Below are positions 18,853-28,183 of a stretch of 64,000 nucleotides of DNA, one piece after another. Numbering within the stretch: the stretch's first letter is position 1; every line of letters starts with the position of its first letter. Both the position numbers and the translations under genes were made by a program. The notes under the pieces were generated by a model. That model was not told the DNA's origin. It saw only the letters and a list, made by a program, of their open reading frames with translations, and searched no databases. Origin of the DNA: Candidatus Cloacimonadales bacterium (GTDB taxonomy: Bacteria > Cloacimonadota > Cloacimonadia > Cloacimonadales > JAIOQZ01); contig OY771587.1 in NCBI GenBank assembly GCA_963674825.1, positions 544,001 through 608,000 of the forward strand. The letters run 5' to 3'.

Positions 18853-21288
18853 ATGAAGAAGCTGGTCATCCTGATACTGGTCCTGTCCGCGGTTATGCTG
18901 CACGGTATCCGCAACTGGAAGACGCACACCAACACTACACACCTTTTCGACCTCTACGAACAGGATGGTACGATCTACATCGCTACCTGGGGTGGCTTTG
19001 TGCTGTATGATATGCAGAGCGGTGAATTCACTCGAACATACACCAATGTGGACGGACTTGAGAGTCAGGATATACGCGCATTGGCAGGCTTTGCCGAAAC
19101 TGGCGAAGTGCTGGCCGGAACTAATGCCGGCGGTCTTGAGAGATACCGTGACGGTGATTTCGATATCCCAATTTCCAGCACCACCGGCTTGATCTCTCCC
19201 AAGGTGCAGGATGTCGAAACCTACGAGAACCAGCTTTTTGTCGCCACCAATGAAGGTCTTAGCGCTTTCACCAACAGCGACGACTTCCCTTTTCCGCTCC
19301 TGACCAATAATTTTACCGTGCTCAATGGATTATCCTCGTCCGACGTCCAGGAAGTAGAGATCACACAGGACGGCTATGTCGTCAGCTCCAGCATCGAAGG
19401 TCTCGATTACTGTCATGTCGATTCCCTACTGCTGGTCACAGCATGGCATCCAATTAGCATCAACTCATTCGGATATAACGATCTTTCCATGTCCAGAATG
19501 TCGATCAATGGCAACAAGCTCGCCATTTCGACTAACCACGGCATCCTTTGCCTGAATAATTTCCCGGCATCCCTGGATTACGTGTTCTATGATACCGATA
19601 GCGGCCTTGAAGCCGATCCGACCTATCCAGTCTATATCGACGACGAAGAGAACATATGGTTTAGCTACGGAACGTGGGATGCAACCAGCCTATTGCTTGA
19701 AGACAGCCTTTCGACCGCAGTCGTGAAGATGACGCCCGAAGGTGAATTCACTACCTGGAGCGATTCCGAGATCAGCACCAAGATCATGGGGTTTACCAAA
19801 ATCGGTGAGAAGATGGCCGCCTGGAGCTGGGGTGAGGGCTTTTATCTACTGGAAAATGGTATGTGGAGCAACCATAAGCCACAATCGATCATCGCCAATA
19901 CCGTCACGCAGATGGCTGTGGACGACAACGGCCTGGTGTGGATCGTGAACGGGTATCGCGGCAGTGCTACGACGAGTCGCGGAACTCGCGGCGTTTCAGG
20001 CTACGATGTCAATAATGATGTCTGGTACAACTACAACGTCGAGAACAGCCCGCTTCTGAGCAACAATATGTTCAGCGTGGGTGTGGATGGGCAGAACCGC
20101 AAATGCTTCGGTACATGGTACAGCTCGATCGTTGGATGGGACGAAGGCATTTCTCTATATGACGATAGCCAGGGCGAACCCACATGGTCGATGCTCCGTA
20201 CAGGTCTTCTCAATACGACGATCAGCTACATGACGCGCGATCCGGGCTATTCGAACAGCTACGACGCGGATCTCTGGGCGTGTTCCTACGGCAACAACGG
20301 CGGCATAAACGTTCTCAAAGACGGAGAGGTTATCGCAACTTTCCGTGTTCCATGGTTCGAGCTTTACGACCCCATTACTTGCTATATCGGCAAAGACAAG
20401 ATGATGTTTGGTAGCTACCATGATGGGCTGCGCATCTACGACGGCGATACAATCCCTGTTGACGGCGACTTCGTCGGCTGGAGCAGACCCGAATTCACCG
20501 AGCTATACAACAGTGGACGTATCTATGCGATCACCTACCGCGAAAATGACTGGGAAAGCGAATATTGGGTCGCTTCATCCAATGGACTTTTCGTGATGGA
20601 TGAATTCGACAACTGGTATTCACTCGGAACAAGCATCAAACGCGAGAAATGGGATGAAGACGGAAACAACTGGGAAGTCTATCAGCGCTATTTCACTAAT
20701 GAAGAGCGACTCTACGGCGCAAGTGCGACCATCCCAACCGCTTTATACACTGACCCGTTCGACCGCGTATGGATCGGAACCGAATCCAACGGCATTACCG
20801 TATATGACGGCGATACAGACACATACACGACGTACAATACTGCCAATGCACCGCTTTTGTCGGACTATATAACCGCATTCGCATACGAGCCTATCTCGGG
20901 CCGGCTTTTCATCGGAACACCTGAAGGACTTAACTCCGTTGAGATCGGCATCACCAACAATCCTGCCAAGAACATCCACGAGAGCGAAGTCAAGGCCTTC
21001 CCCAATCCATACTATCCGGCCAAGACGTCTTATCCGATGTCCATTGTCAACGGTATCAGCGGATCCGGCTCAACCGCGGACTATGGTATCTTCCCGGATG
21101 ACGCGCGATGCAATATCTACGATTTCTCCGGACGTCACATCCTCACCCTGAAGCTGACCCACCACAAGGAATTCCAGTGGGACGGCAACAACGAAGCAGG
21201 TAAGGAATGCAGCTCGGGTATCTATTTCTACGTGGTGTATGACGACGGCGGACAGATCAGCAAAGGCACGATATCCCTGATTCGGTAA
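18853..21288 (+). CDS. PorZ-like beta-propeller protein with a FlgD/T9SS-type C-terminal sorting domain
   Basis: Signal peptide, NWKTHT start, two-component-regulator propeller repeats (NSPLLSN, DPFDRVWIGT), and C-terminal FPNPY...IYDFSG...WDG.N..G...SSGIYFY. Confidence 0.75.
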   Translation: MKKLVILILVLSAVMLHGIRNWKTHTNTTHLFDLYEQDGTIYIATWGGFVLYDMQSGEFTRTYTNVDGLESQDIRALAGFAETGEVLAGTNAGGLERYRDGDFDIPISSTTGLISPKVQDVETYENQLFVATNEGLSAFTNSDDFPFPLLTNNFTVLNGLSSSDVQEVEITQDGYVVSSSIEGLDYCHVDSLLLVTAWHPISINSFGYNDLSMSRMSINGNKLAISTNHGILCLNNFPASLDYVFYDTDSGLEADPTYPVYIDDEENIWFSYGTWDATSLLLEDSLSTAVVKMTPEGEFTTWSDSEISTKIMGFTKIGEKMAAWSWGEGFYLLENGMWSNHKPQSIIANTVTQMAVDDNGLVWIVNGYRGSATTSRGTRGVSGYDVNNDVWYNYNVENSPLLSNNMFSVGVDGQNRKCFGTWYSSIVGWDEGISLYDDSQGEPTWSMLRTGLLNTTISYMTRDPGYSNSYDADLWACSYGNNGGINVLKDGEVIATFRVPWFELYDPITCYIGKDKMMFGSYHDGLRIYDGDTIPVDGDFVGWSRPEFTELYNSGRIYAITYRENDWESEYWVASSNGLFVMDEFDNWYSLGTSIKREKWDEDGNNWEVYQRYFTNEERLYGASATIPTALYTDPFDRVWIGTESNGITVYDGDTDTYTTYNTANAPLLSDYITAFAYEPISGRLFIGTPEGLNSVEIGITNNPAKNIHESEVKAFPNPYYPAKTSYPMSIVNGISGSGSTADYGIFPDDARCNIYDFSGRHILTLKLTHHKEFQWDGNNEAGKECSSGIYFYVVYDDGGQISKGTISLIR

Positions 21289-22280
21289 TGGATACGACAA
21301 TCCAATTCTGCTCACCCGACGAACTGAGCGCACAGGTGCAGCGGGATCGTACGCTCGTTATCGTCGATGAAACTATCCGCGATCTGCACCCACGTCGCTT
21401 CGACGGGCTGAATGTCATCACACTCCGTGCCACCGAGCATGTAAAGACACTGGCTACCATAGAAGATCTCTATCGTCGCTTTCAACAGATGGAAATCACC
21501 CGCCACCACACAATTTACGCCGTGGGAGGTGGAATCATCACAGATATTGCTGGATTCGCAGCTGCCACGTGGAAACGCGGATGTAATCTCGCGCTGGTCC
21601 CGACAACGCTCCTCGCGATGGTCGATGCAGCCGTTGGCGGGAAAAATGGCGTCAACTTCGGCGGTATGAAAAATGCCGTCGGGACTTTCTACAATCCACA
21701 GCAAATCGTGGTCATTCCTGAATTTCTCAAGACGCTGCAACCACTTCAACGATTGTCGGGAATAGGCGAAATCGTTAAAATGGCGCTTCTCGATGTAAAT
21801 CCTCTCTACGAAATGCTTTCGAGTGGGATTAACCCTACAAGCAATGAGGTTATCCGGCTTGCGATTGAGCGGAAGATGCACTATGTGACGATCGATCCAC
21901 ACGACCGCGGTGAACGCGCCAAGCTCAATCTCGGGCATACTTTTGGACATCTCATCGAGTCCGCTTCAGAATACACAACTCCACATGGAATCGCTGTTGC
22001 GATCGGTATCCGCTACGCTGCCCGGTATAGCCGCGAGATGGGCTGGCTGCATCCTACAGATGAAGCGCGGATCAACGAGCTCCTGGATCGCTTCGAGTTG
22101 CCCATAGCTCCGGACGATGAAACGCGTCGGCGAATCGAACGTGATGGCCTTGATATCCTTCGCGCCGATAAAAAACGTGGCACCTCTCACTTGAAGCTAA
22201 TTTGCTTCAATGGCTTCCATTCGACGTTCGTGCATGAATGTACAGAACTCCGAAACCTTGTTTCACTTTTTTCATATTGA
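21288..22280 (+). CDS. aroB: 3-dehydroquinate synthase
   Basis: GGGIITD, PTTLLAMVDAAVGGKNG, LNLGHTFGH and HGIAVAIG. Confidence 0.88.
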   Translation: MDTTIQFCSPDELSAQVQRDRTLVIVDETIRDLHPRRFDGLNVITLRATEHVKTLATIEDLYRRFQQMEITRHHTIYAVGGGIITDIAGFAAATWKRGCNLALVPTTLLAMVDAAVGGKNGVNFGGMKNAVGTFYNPQQIVVIPEFLKTLQPLQRLSGIGEIVKMALLDVNPLYEMLSSGINPTSNEVIRLAIERKMHYVTIDPHDRGERAKLNLGHTFGHLIESASEYTTPHGIAVAIGIRYAARYSREMGWLHPTDEARINELLDRFELPIAPDDETRRRIERDGLDILRADKKRGTSHLKLICFNGFHSTFVHECTELRNLVSLFSY

Positions 22281-22394
22281 CGAACTTTACCATTATTACA
22301 TGATCTGTACGAACATGAGAGGCAGGTAAATTGCCTGCGATCCATCCGAAAAGAGTAGACATCAGTTAGGATTCATTGGAATACAGGAGGCACA

Positions 22395-22943
22395 ATGAAG
22401 ATACTTGCTATTATCGGTAGTCCACGAGAAGAAGGCAACACCGCGCAGTTGGTAAAGGAAATGGTTCGCGATATCAAGGGTGCGGAAGTAAAGACTTTTC
22501 ATTTGAACAAGATGGACATCCGTGGATGCCAGGCTTGCATGTATTGCAGAAGCAATCCAGGCTGCATTCAACCTGACGAAATGCAGCAGATTTATAAGGA
22601 ACTAACCGAGGCCGATCTGGTTGTGGTTGGATTCCCTATTTACATGTGGCAAATGACCGGGCAAACAAAGCTCTTTGTGGACAGACTGTTCGCGTATTAC
22701 AATTACGACGGAAACATGCCGACTTATAAGGATAAAGGAGTCATTCTCGCCATTTGCCAGGGAGCGGAAAATGGGATCTTCAAGTCGTACATTGACGAGA
22801 CGGTGAAGATGTTCCGATTCCTCGGATTCAAATCGTGCGAAGCCATCGTTGCTGGTGGAGTTGGTGCTCCGGGCGATGTCCTGAAAAAGACAGACACGAT
22901 AGAAACAGCACGTTTATTGGTTAGAAATCATTTGAATCAATAA
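22395..22943 (+). CDS. Flavodoxin-family iron-sulfur flavoprotein
   Basis: IGSPREEGNT, CQACMYC...GC and PIY...MTGQTKLFVDR; AGGAGG SD. Confidence 0.88.
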   Translation: MKILAIIGSPREEGNTAQLVKEMVRDIKGAEVKTFHLNKMDIRGCQACMYCRSNPGCIQPDEMQQIYKELTEADLVVVGFPIYMWQMTGQTKLFVDRLFAYYNYDGNMPTYKDKGVILAICQGAENGIFKSYIDETVKMFRFLGFKSCEAIVAGGVGAPGDVLKKTDTIETARLLVRNHLNQ

Positions 22944-23416
22944 TAGGGGAACCAGTCTCTCTTACGGATTTTGTGCACTTTCATGCAGACGCTTTCACCT
23001 GATTCGGTATGATAGACAAATTTCCTGCCCAGCTTGCCGCCGGTATCGCGCGTGATGATTTCAATCTGATAGCGTTGCAGTATCTCTTCGGCTACGGTGG
23101 TATTCTCACCGCCGCAGCTGCTGTTTCCATCGGTTCCACCACCGACCATATGTGCTTTCAAGTCGCTGATGCTTGAGCCTTCTTCTTCCATGGTCTTGAC
23201 CAGCTTGGGAATCGCGACATCCCCATACATGCCGGTCTTGCGATTCGCCGAACGCGCGTATTGGAACATACAGCATCCCGAATACTGTTTCTTCTCGTCC
23301 CAAAGCGCAACAAACAGCCCTGAACCCAGCACCCCGTAAACGATATGCGGATGGGGGGTTACAACCGCAAATCCCGGGCGCAACAGATAACCGTTGTCAG
23401 GCAAACCGCCTTGCAT
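22937..23416 (-). CDS. cheD: CheD-family protein with degenerate catalytic residues
   Basis: YLLRPG, VLGS, YGDVAIPKLV, LKAHMVGGG, GGEN and DTGGKLGRK; the canonical LGSC reads LGSG. Confidence 0.8.
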   Translation of the reverse strand: MQGGLPDNGYLLRPGFAVVTPHPHIVYGVLGSGLFVALWDEKKQYSGCCMFQYARSANRKTGMYGDVAIPKLVKTMEEEGSSISDLKAHMVGGGTDGNSSCGGENTTVAEEILQRYQIEIITRDTGGKLGRKFVYHTESGESVCMKVHKIRKRDWFPYY

Positions 23417-23420
23417 GAAA

Positions 23421-23771
23421 TCAGCTCCTTTTCGGCTCGATAATGGAATTCAATATCGAGCTTAAAATCGTTATGATCAGCGCTGCCAGTGTTGCAGAAA
23501 ACCATCCATGTGTTTCAAACGACGGTACGATCGCGCTTGCCAGCATCAACATCAAGCCATTGATGAAGAGCAGGAATATACCTAAGGTAATGATTGTTAC
23601 AGGCAATGTCAACAAAATGATGATCGGACGCACAATCGCGTTGGCGATTGCCAGAACGAACGCCGCCAGCAAAGCCGGGCCCAGGTCGCCGATGTAATAC
23701 AGGTTCGTAATCCGACCGACCAAATAGATCACAACCATCATTACCAGAAGCTTGATAACAAATTTTTTCAT
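23421..23771 (-). CDS. Four-TM phage holin family (YvlD-like) membrane protein
   Basis: NAIVRPIIILLTLPVTIITLGIFLLFING signature. Confidence 0.88.
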   Translation of the reverse strand: MKKFVIKLLVMMVVIYLVGRITNLYYIGDLGPALLAAFVLAIANAIVRPIIILLTLPVTIITLGIFLLFINGLMLMLASAIVPSFETHGWFSATLAALIITILSSILNSIIEPKRS

Positions 23772-23792
23772 TCGGACTCCTCGAGTTAGCGA

Positions 23793-23888
23793 TTAGTCAT
23801 TCCTGAGGTTGAATTTGAATCCACCGTGTTTCTTCCCAATGTATATGATTGAGAAAATGATACCCGCGATTATCAATACTTTCTTCAA
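23793..23888 (-). CDS. 31-aa small hydrophobic protein (not in the ORF track)
   Basis: AAGGAG SD then TTG start; MKKVLIIAGIIFSIIYIGKKHGGFKFNLRND. Confidence 0.6.
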   Translation of the reverse strand: MKKVLIIAGIIFSIIYIGKKHGGFKFNLRND

Positions 23889-23906
23889 GCGTAACTCCTT
23901 CTTCCG

Positions 23907-24011
23907 TTACTCGGTTCCGTTACTCTTGAAACCGATCTTTACGCTATTCTGCAAGCAGACCAGGACAACAAACGTCGCGCTCATACAAGCAAAGATCACA
24001 ACTTGCCTCAT
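23907..24011 (-). CDS. 34-aa small hydrophobic protein (not in the ORF track)
   Basis: GGGAG SD then ATG; MRQVVIFACMSATFVVLVCLQNSVKIGFKSNGTE. Confidence 0.5.
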   Translation of the reverse strand: MRQVVIFACMSATFVVLVCLQNSVKIGFKSNGTE

Positions 24012-24066
24012 ACAGCTCCCTGCGTTACAGGATTAACACATGAACTAACAAAGCTCCATATAGAGC

Positions 24067-25248
24067 TTAGTCAGTAAACTTCCTCATGAAAGCGGGGATA
24101 TCGATCTTCTCTCGATTCAAGATACGCGGCATTTCGCCTTCGTTGTCGCGCTTGAGTTCGGGACCAACCGAATCGGCCTGACGGATGCGATCGAAGATGA
24201 TATCGAGCTGCTCATTCTTCTCTTCTTCAGTCTTGGGACGAAGCTGTGGCATTTCTTTCATGACAGGCTGTCCCATCGTTCCAACGCTCTCGGACTCGTT
24301 GCTCAGTCCGGTCGCGATGATGGTCACGCTCAGCTTGTCGGTCATCTTCTCGTCGATAACCAGACCCATGATGATGTTGGCATTCTCTCCGGTTTCGTTG
24401 ATGATAACCTGCGATACTTCGTCGAACTCGGACATCTTCATGTCGTAGCCGGCGGTAACGTTGATGAGGGTCGCCTTGCAGCCGTCGAGCGTGATATCGC
24501 TGAGCAGCGGATTCGCGATGGCAGCCTTGGCAGCGTTGACAGCACGGTTTTCACCATCGGAGATACCGGTTCCCATAAGCGCGTAGCCCATGTTTGCCAT
24601 GACGGTCTTCACATCGGAGAAATCGACACTGATGTAGCCGCTGAGGTTGATGATGTCGGAGACTGCCTTGGCTGCGTCGGAGAGGACGTTATCGGCTTTC
24701 TGGAAAGCTTCCAGAATCGCCATGTCTTTGTAGATGTCACGAAGCTTTTCATTCGGGATAACAATCAGCGTATCGACATTCTCACGCAGTTTTGAGATTC
24801 CGTGGTCGGCGTTTTTGCGACGATGAGCGCCTTCAAAGCTGAAGGGCCGTGTGACGATACCCATGGTCAGGATACCCATTTCACGCGCGATCGACGCGAT
24901 GACTGGAGCTCCGCCGGTACCGGTTCCGCCGCCCATTCCGGCAGCGATAAAAAGCATTTCCGCGCCCTGAAGCGCTTTGCGGATCTCGTCGGTCGATTCG
25001 ATTGCCGATTCTTCGCCAATTCCGGGATTCGCGCCGGTTCCGAGACCCTGTGTTTTCTTCATTCCAAGCTGGATTTTCGTCTGCGCTTTTGATTTGCGCA
25101 GGTCTTTGCCATCGGTGTTGGCCGCGATAAATTCAACACCGGTGAGGCCGTTGTTGATCATGGTATTGATAGCATTGCCACCGCCGCCACCAACGCCAAC
25201 GATCTTGATAATGGTTTCATTCGATCTGTCCAGAGCAAGTTCGAGCAT
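24067..25248 (-). CDS. ftsZ: Cell division protein FtsZ
   Basis: [18 protein letters not shown] and the C-terminal DIPAFMRK. Confidence 0.99.
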   Translation of the reverse strand: MLELALDRSNETIIKIVGVGGGGGNAINTMINNGLTGVEFIAANTDGKDLRKSKAQTKIQLGMKKTQGLGTGANPGIGEESAIESTDEIRKALQGAEMLFIAAGMGGGTGTGGAPVIASIAREMGILTMGIVTRPFSFEGAHRRKNADHGISKLRENVDTLIVIPNEKLRDIYKDMAILEAFQKADNVLSDAAKAVSDIINLSGYISVDFSDVKTVMANMGYALMGTGISDGENRAVNAAKAAIANPLLSDITLDGCKATLINVTAGYDMKMSEFDEVSQVIINETGENANIIMGLVIDEKMTDKLSVTIIATGLSNESESVGTMGQPVMKEMPQLRPKTEEEKNEQLDIIFDRIRQADSVGPELKRDNEGEMPRILNREKIDIPAFMRKFTD

Positions 25249-25285
25249 GGTTTCCCCCTGTTTTATCTTATTGTTGTGTCAATAT

Positions 25286-26566
25286 TTATGCAAAATCATC
25301 ATAGAATTTCTGATACAGTTTTTTGATCGTCTTGAGTATCCGGTTGTTCACGCTGGTCACCTTACGTGTGGTGTACGCTTTATCCTGCGGCATGAGGCTG
25401 GCTGCATAGTAGAGCAGTCCTACACTCGTGGAGAACATGGGCGATTCCAGCCGCGCGGTAGGGCCGCTGAGGCGTGCAAGATCGGGATAACCGATTTTTA
25501 CCGGGACATTGAAGATTTCCAGTGCAAGCTGCTCCATATTTTTAAGGAGCGCCGCGCCACCCGTGATCACCACGCCGGCGGTCATCAGGTTTTCGTTGTA
25601 GCTATTAAAAACGGTACGATAAGAGAGTTCGAGGATCTCCCGCATGCGGGATTCGACGATCTCCGAGATGAATTTCAATTTTTTTGTGGTTCCACTGCGT
25701 CCGCCGATCCCCTGAATGTCCACCATCGCTTCTTCATCGACGGTGTTGGAAAGTGCGTCGCCATAATTGATTTTGATATCCTCAGCCGATTTAAGCGGTG
25801 TACGGAGCCCGATCGCGAGATCTTGCGTCACATTCTCGCCACCGATGGGCTTCACGGTGCTGAAACGGATGCTACCCTTGTAGAAGACGGCGATGTCGGA
25901 GGTTCCGCCACCGATATCCAGCAGGATGCAGCCGAGGTCTTTTTCGTCGCGGTTGAGAACCGCCATCGCAGATGCAAGCGGCTCCAGCACGATGTCGTCG
26001 GCTTCGTATCCGGCAAGCTCGATGCACTTGAGCACATTGCGAATGGCGTTCATATCCGCCAGCACGACGTGAACGTGCGCAGTCAGATGAAAGCCGCTCA
26101 TGCTGATGGGATTCATGATACCATTCTGGTTATCGATATCGTAATATTGCGGGATTCCGTGGATAATCTCCAGGTTTTCGTGTCCCTGCTGAATCTTCAC
26201 GGTACGTTTGGCATCGTTGATAACAGCCTGAATATGCTCTTCGTTGATCTCGGTGGGATCCTTACCGCTTGAATCGGATACGGAAATACGGCCGATTGCG
26301 TTTCGGCTCTTGATATGCTCGCCTGCGATTCCGGCGTAGATCGTTCCAGCCTTCATGTCGGCAGCACGTTCCGCTTCCTCGATCGCCTGTTTGATAGAAT
26401 CCGCTGTTCGCTGGATATCCTTAACGATGCCCTTCTCGAGTCCGTTCGATTCGGATATGCCGATTCCTTTTACTTCCAATTCGCCCTTACCCCTTGGTAC
26501 GGCGATAATTGCACAAATTTTAGTTGTGCCGATGTCCAGCGCTGTTATCGAAGTTGGTACCTTCAT
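25286..26566 (-). CDS. ftsA: Cell division protein FtsA
   Basis: ALDIGTTKIC, DIGGGTSD and GVVITGGAA. Confidence 0.98.
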   Translation of the reverse strand: MKVPTSITALDIGTTKICAIIAVPRGKGELEVKGIGISESNGLEKGIVKDIQRTADSIKQAIEEAERAADMKAGTIYAGIAGEHIKSRNAIGRISVSDSSGKDPTEINEEHIQAVINDAKRTVKIQQGHENLEIIHGIPQYYDIDNQNGIMNPISMSGFHLTAHVHVVLADMNAIRNVLKCIELAGYEADDIVLEPLASAMAVLNRDEKDLGCILLDIGGGTSDIAVFYKGSIRFSTVKPIGGENVTQDLAIGLRTPLKSAEDIKINYGDALSNTVDEEAMVDIQGIGGRSGTTKKLKFISEIVESRMREILELSYRTVFNSYNENLMTAGVVITGGAALLKNMEQLALEIFNVPVKIGYPDLARLSGPTARLESPMFSTSVGLLYYAASLMPQDKAYTTRKVTSVNNRILKTIKKLYQKFYDDFA

Positions 26567-27315
26567 CAATCCCCCGTTCTCGCTACGATCTGATCCTTGT
26601 AGCGAAGATCCAGAACTGTATTATCCATAAATCCCTTATTGTCTCCGAAAAATTCGAGACGGTGCAGCTTTTCCTCGAGCTGACCTTCTCCGAGAAATAC
26701 CAGGCAACCGGAAGAAGACTCGACAATGCAGACCTCTCCGTCGTGCAGATAGTATTCTGAAATGCTCTCCGCGATATCTTTATTGAGCTGCGTGATCTCA
26801 TTGTGAAGTGCAAAGATGCGTGTCAATTTCTCGTTGTTCAGCTTCTCGCCAAGTTGGATACTGCCCGATGGGATGTCAAGGCTGACGATGGGTGTATCTT
26901 CAGCCACGTAAGCACCCTCGGTATCCAGCACGATCAGCTCGCGATCAACAGGAAAAAGAATCCCGTCCGATGTCTTCACATGCAGTACCGCAAGTCGTTC
27001 TTCAATCGCGATTTTCAGCTTTCCGGGAAGCACGCGTGACACCTTAACGCTTCGTACGCGAACGATATTCTCGTATTTGGCGATTATCTCGTCTTTACTG
27101 ATGGAATACAGGTTTACGCCGATGTATTCCTTCGCCAGATCCTCGTAAAAATCCTGACCGAGATTCTGATATCCGGTAATCTCGACTTTCTCTATCGTGA
27201 AAAATTCCATGGACCGGAAAAGATGCTGCATCACGAAGAACAGGATCCCCATCACGACCATACAGCCGAGGAACACGATGAAATAGCGGCTGTTGCCTCT
27301 GCGTTTGCGTTTCAT
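26566..27315 (-). CDS. ftsQ: Cell division protein FtsQ/DivIB
   Basis: Basic N-terminus, single TM, POTRA domain (LPGKLKIAIEER) and DLRYKDQIV; lies between murB and ftsA. Confidence 0.9.
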   Translation of the reverse strand: MKRKRRGNSRYFIVFLGCMVVMGILFFVMQHLFRSMEFFTIEKVEITGYQNLGQDFYEDLAKEYIGVNLYSISKDEIIAKYENIVRVRSVKVSRVLPGKLKIAIEERLAVLHVKTSDGILFPVDRELIVLDTEGAYVAEDTPIVSLDIPSGSIQLGEKLNNEKLTRIFALHNEITQLNKDIAESISEYYLHDGEVCIVESSSGCLVFLGEGQLEEKLHRLEFFGDNKGFMDNTVLDLRYKDQIVARTGD

Positions 27316-28181
27316 GGTCTTACCACCTCAATCTCGAGCTCGAGATCTATTTCCCGTTCGCGCAGCACCACCTCGCGAATATGATCAATCAAATTCAGAA
27401 CGTCCGAATAGCTAGCATCGCCTGTGTTGACGATGAAATTGGCATGCACTTCGCTGACCATCGCTCCACCGATTCGCTTGCCCTTCAGGCCGCATTCGTC
27501 GATCAGGCGTCCTGCCGATTCGTAGGGCGGATTCTTGAAGATGCAGCCCAGGTTCGGCATCGAAAGCGGCTGAGACTCTCTGCGCTTGGCTATCAGCTGA
27601 TCGACCTGACGGCGGATCTCTACACGATCCATCTCTTCCGGTAGAAGATTGATCGAGAGCAGGTATTCCCGGATCGATGAAGTCCGATAACCAAATTTCA
27701 CCCGATCCGCCGAGATGATGTCGCGCTTACCGTTCGCGTCCAGAATCTCCACCGAATGGATCAGAGTCTGGATCGACTTACCATAAGCACCGGCGTTCAT
27801 CTTCACGACACCACCAAGGTGCGCAGGGATACCGGCCAGAAACTCGAATCCACCGGCGTTTTCACGCGCCAGCTTCATCAGCATGCCGTTGACGTTCACG
27901 TTCGCGGTGACGTTTGCCACTCCACGCGAATAGGTCACCTCCTGCGGCAGATTCGTGTCCAGCAGGATGTAACCGCTGTAATGGTCAGGGAATAGCAGGT
28001 TTGACGCTCCGCCGACAGCAAGGTAACCCTGCTCAGACAGATGCGGCATGATCAGACGCAGCTCTTCCACTGAAGACGGAGCCAGCACCGCTCGTGCCGT
28101 TCCACCGATGCGGATGTGCGAGAAGTCTTTTAACCTCGCGTCCTTCAGCGTGATCATGTCCAGAACCTGCTTTGTGTTCAT
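27312..28181 (-). CDS. murB: UDP-N-acetylmuramate dehydrogenase
   Basis: RIGG.A, GGASNLL, MNAGAYG, FGYRTS, GCIFKNP and HANFIVN. Confidence 0.97.
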   Translation of the reverse strand: MNTKQVLDMITLKDARLKDFSHIRIGGTARAVLAPSSVEELRLIMPHLSEQGYLAVGGASNLLFPDHYSGYILLDTNLPQEVTYSRGVANVTANVNVNGMLMKLARENAGGFEFLAGIPAHLGGVVKMNAGAYGKSIQTLIHSVEILDANGKRDIISADRVKFGYRTSSIREYLLSINLLPEEMDRVEIRRQVDQLIAKRRESQPLSMPNLGCIFKNPPYESAGRLIDECGLKGKRIGGAMVSEVHANFIVNTGDASYSDVLNLIDHIREVVLREREIDLELEIEVVRP

Positions 28182-28183
28182 TG

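Noticed and set aside
21288..22280. aroB as a secondary-metabolite sugar-phosphate cyclase linked to the glycan locus
   Set aside because: The motifs fit ordinary DHQS and no cyclitol-tailoring genes are adjacent.
23421..23771. Holin-family gene as a sign of a prophage
   Set aside because: This family is commonly chromosomal, and there are no phage genes nearby.
23809..24036. 75-aa + strand ORF from the ORF track
   Set aside because: It has no SD and is better explained by the two SD-led minus-strand small ORFs co-oriented with the flanking genes.
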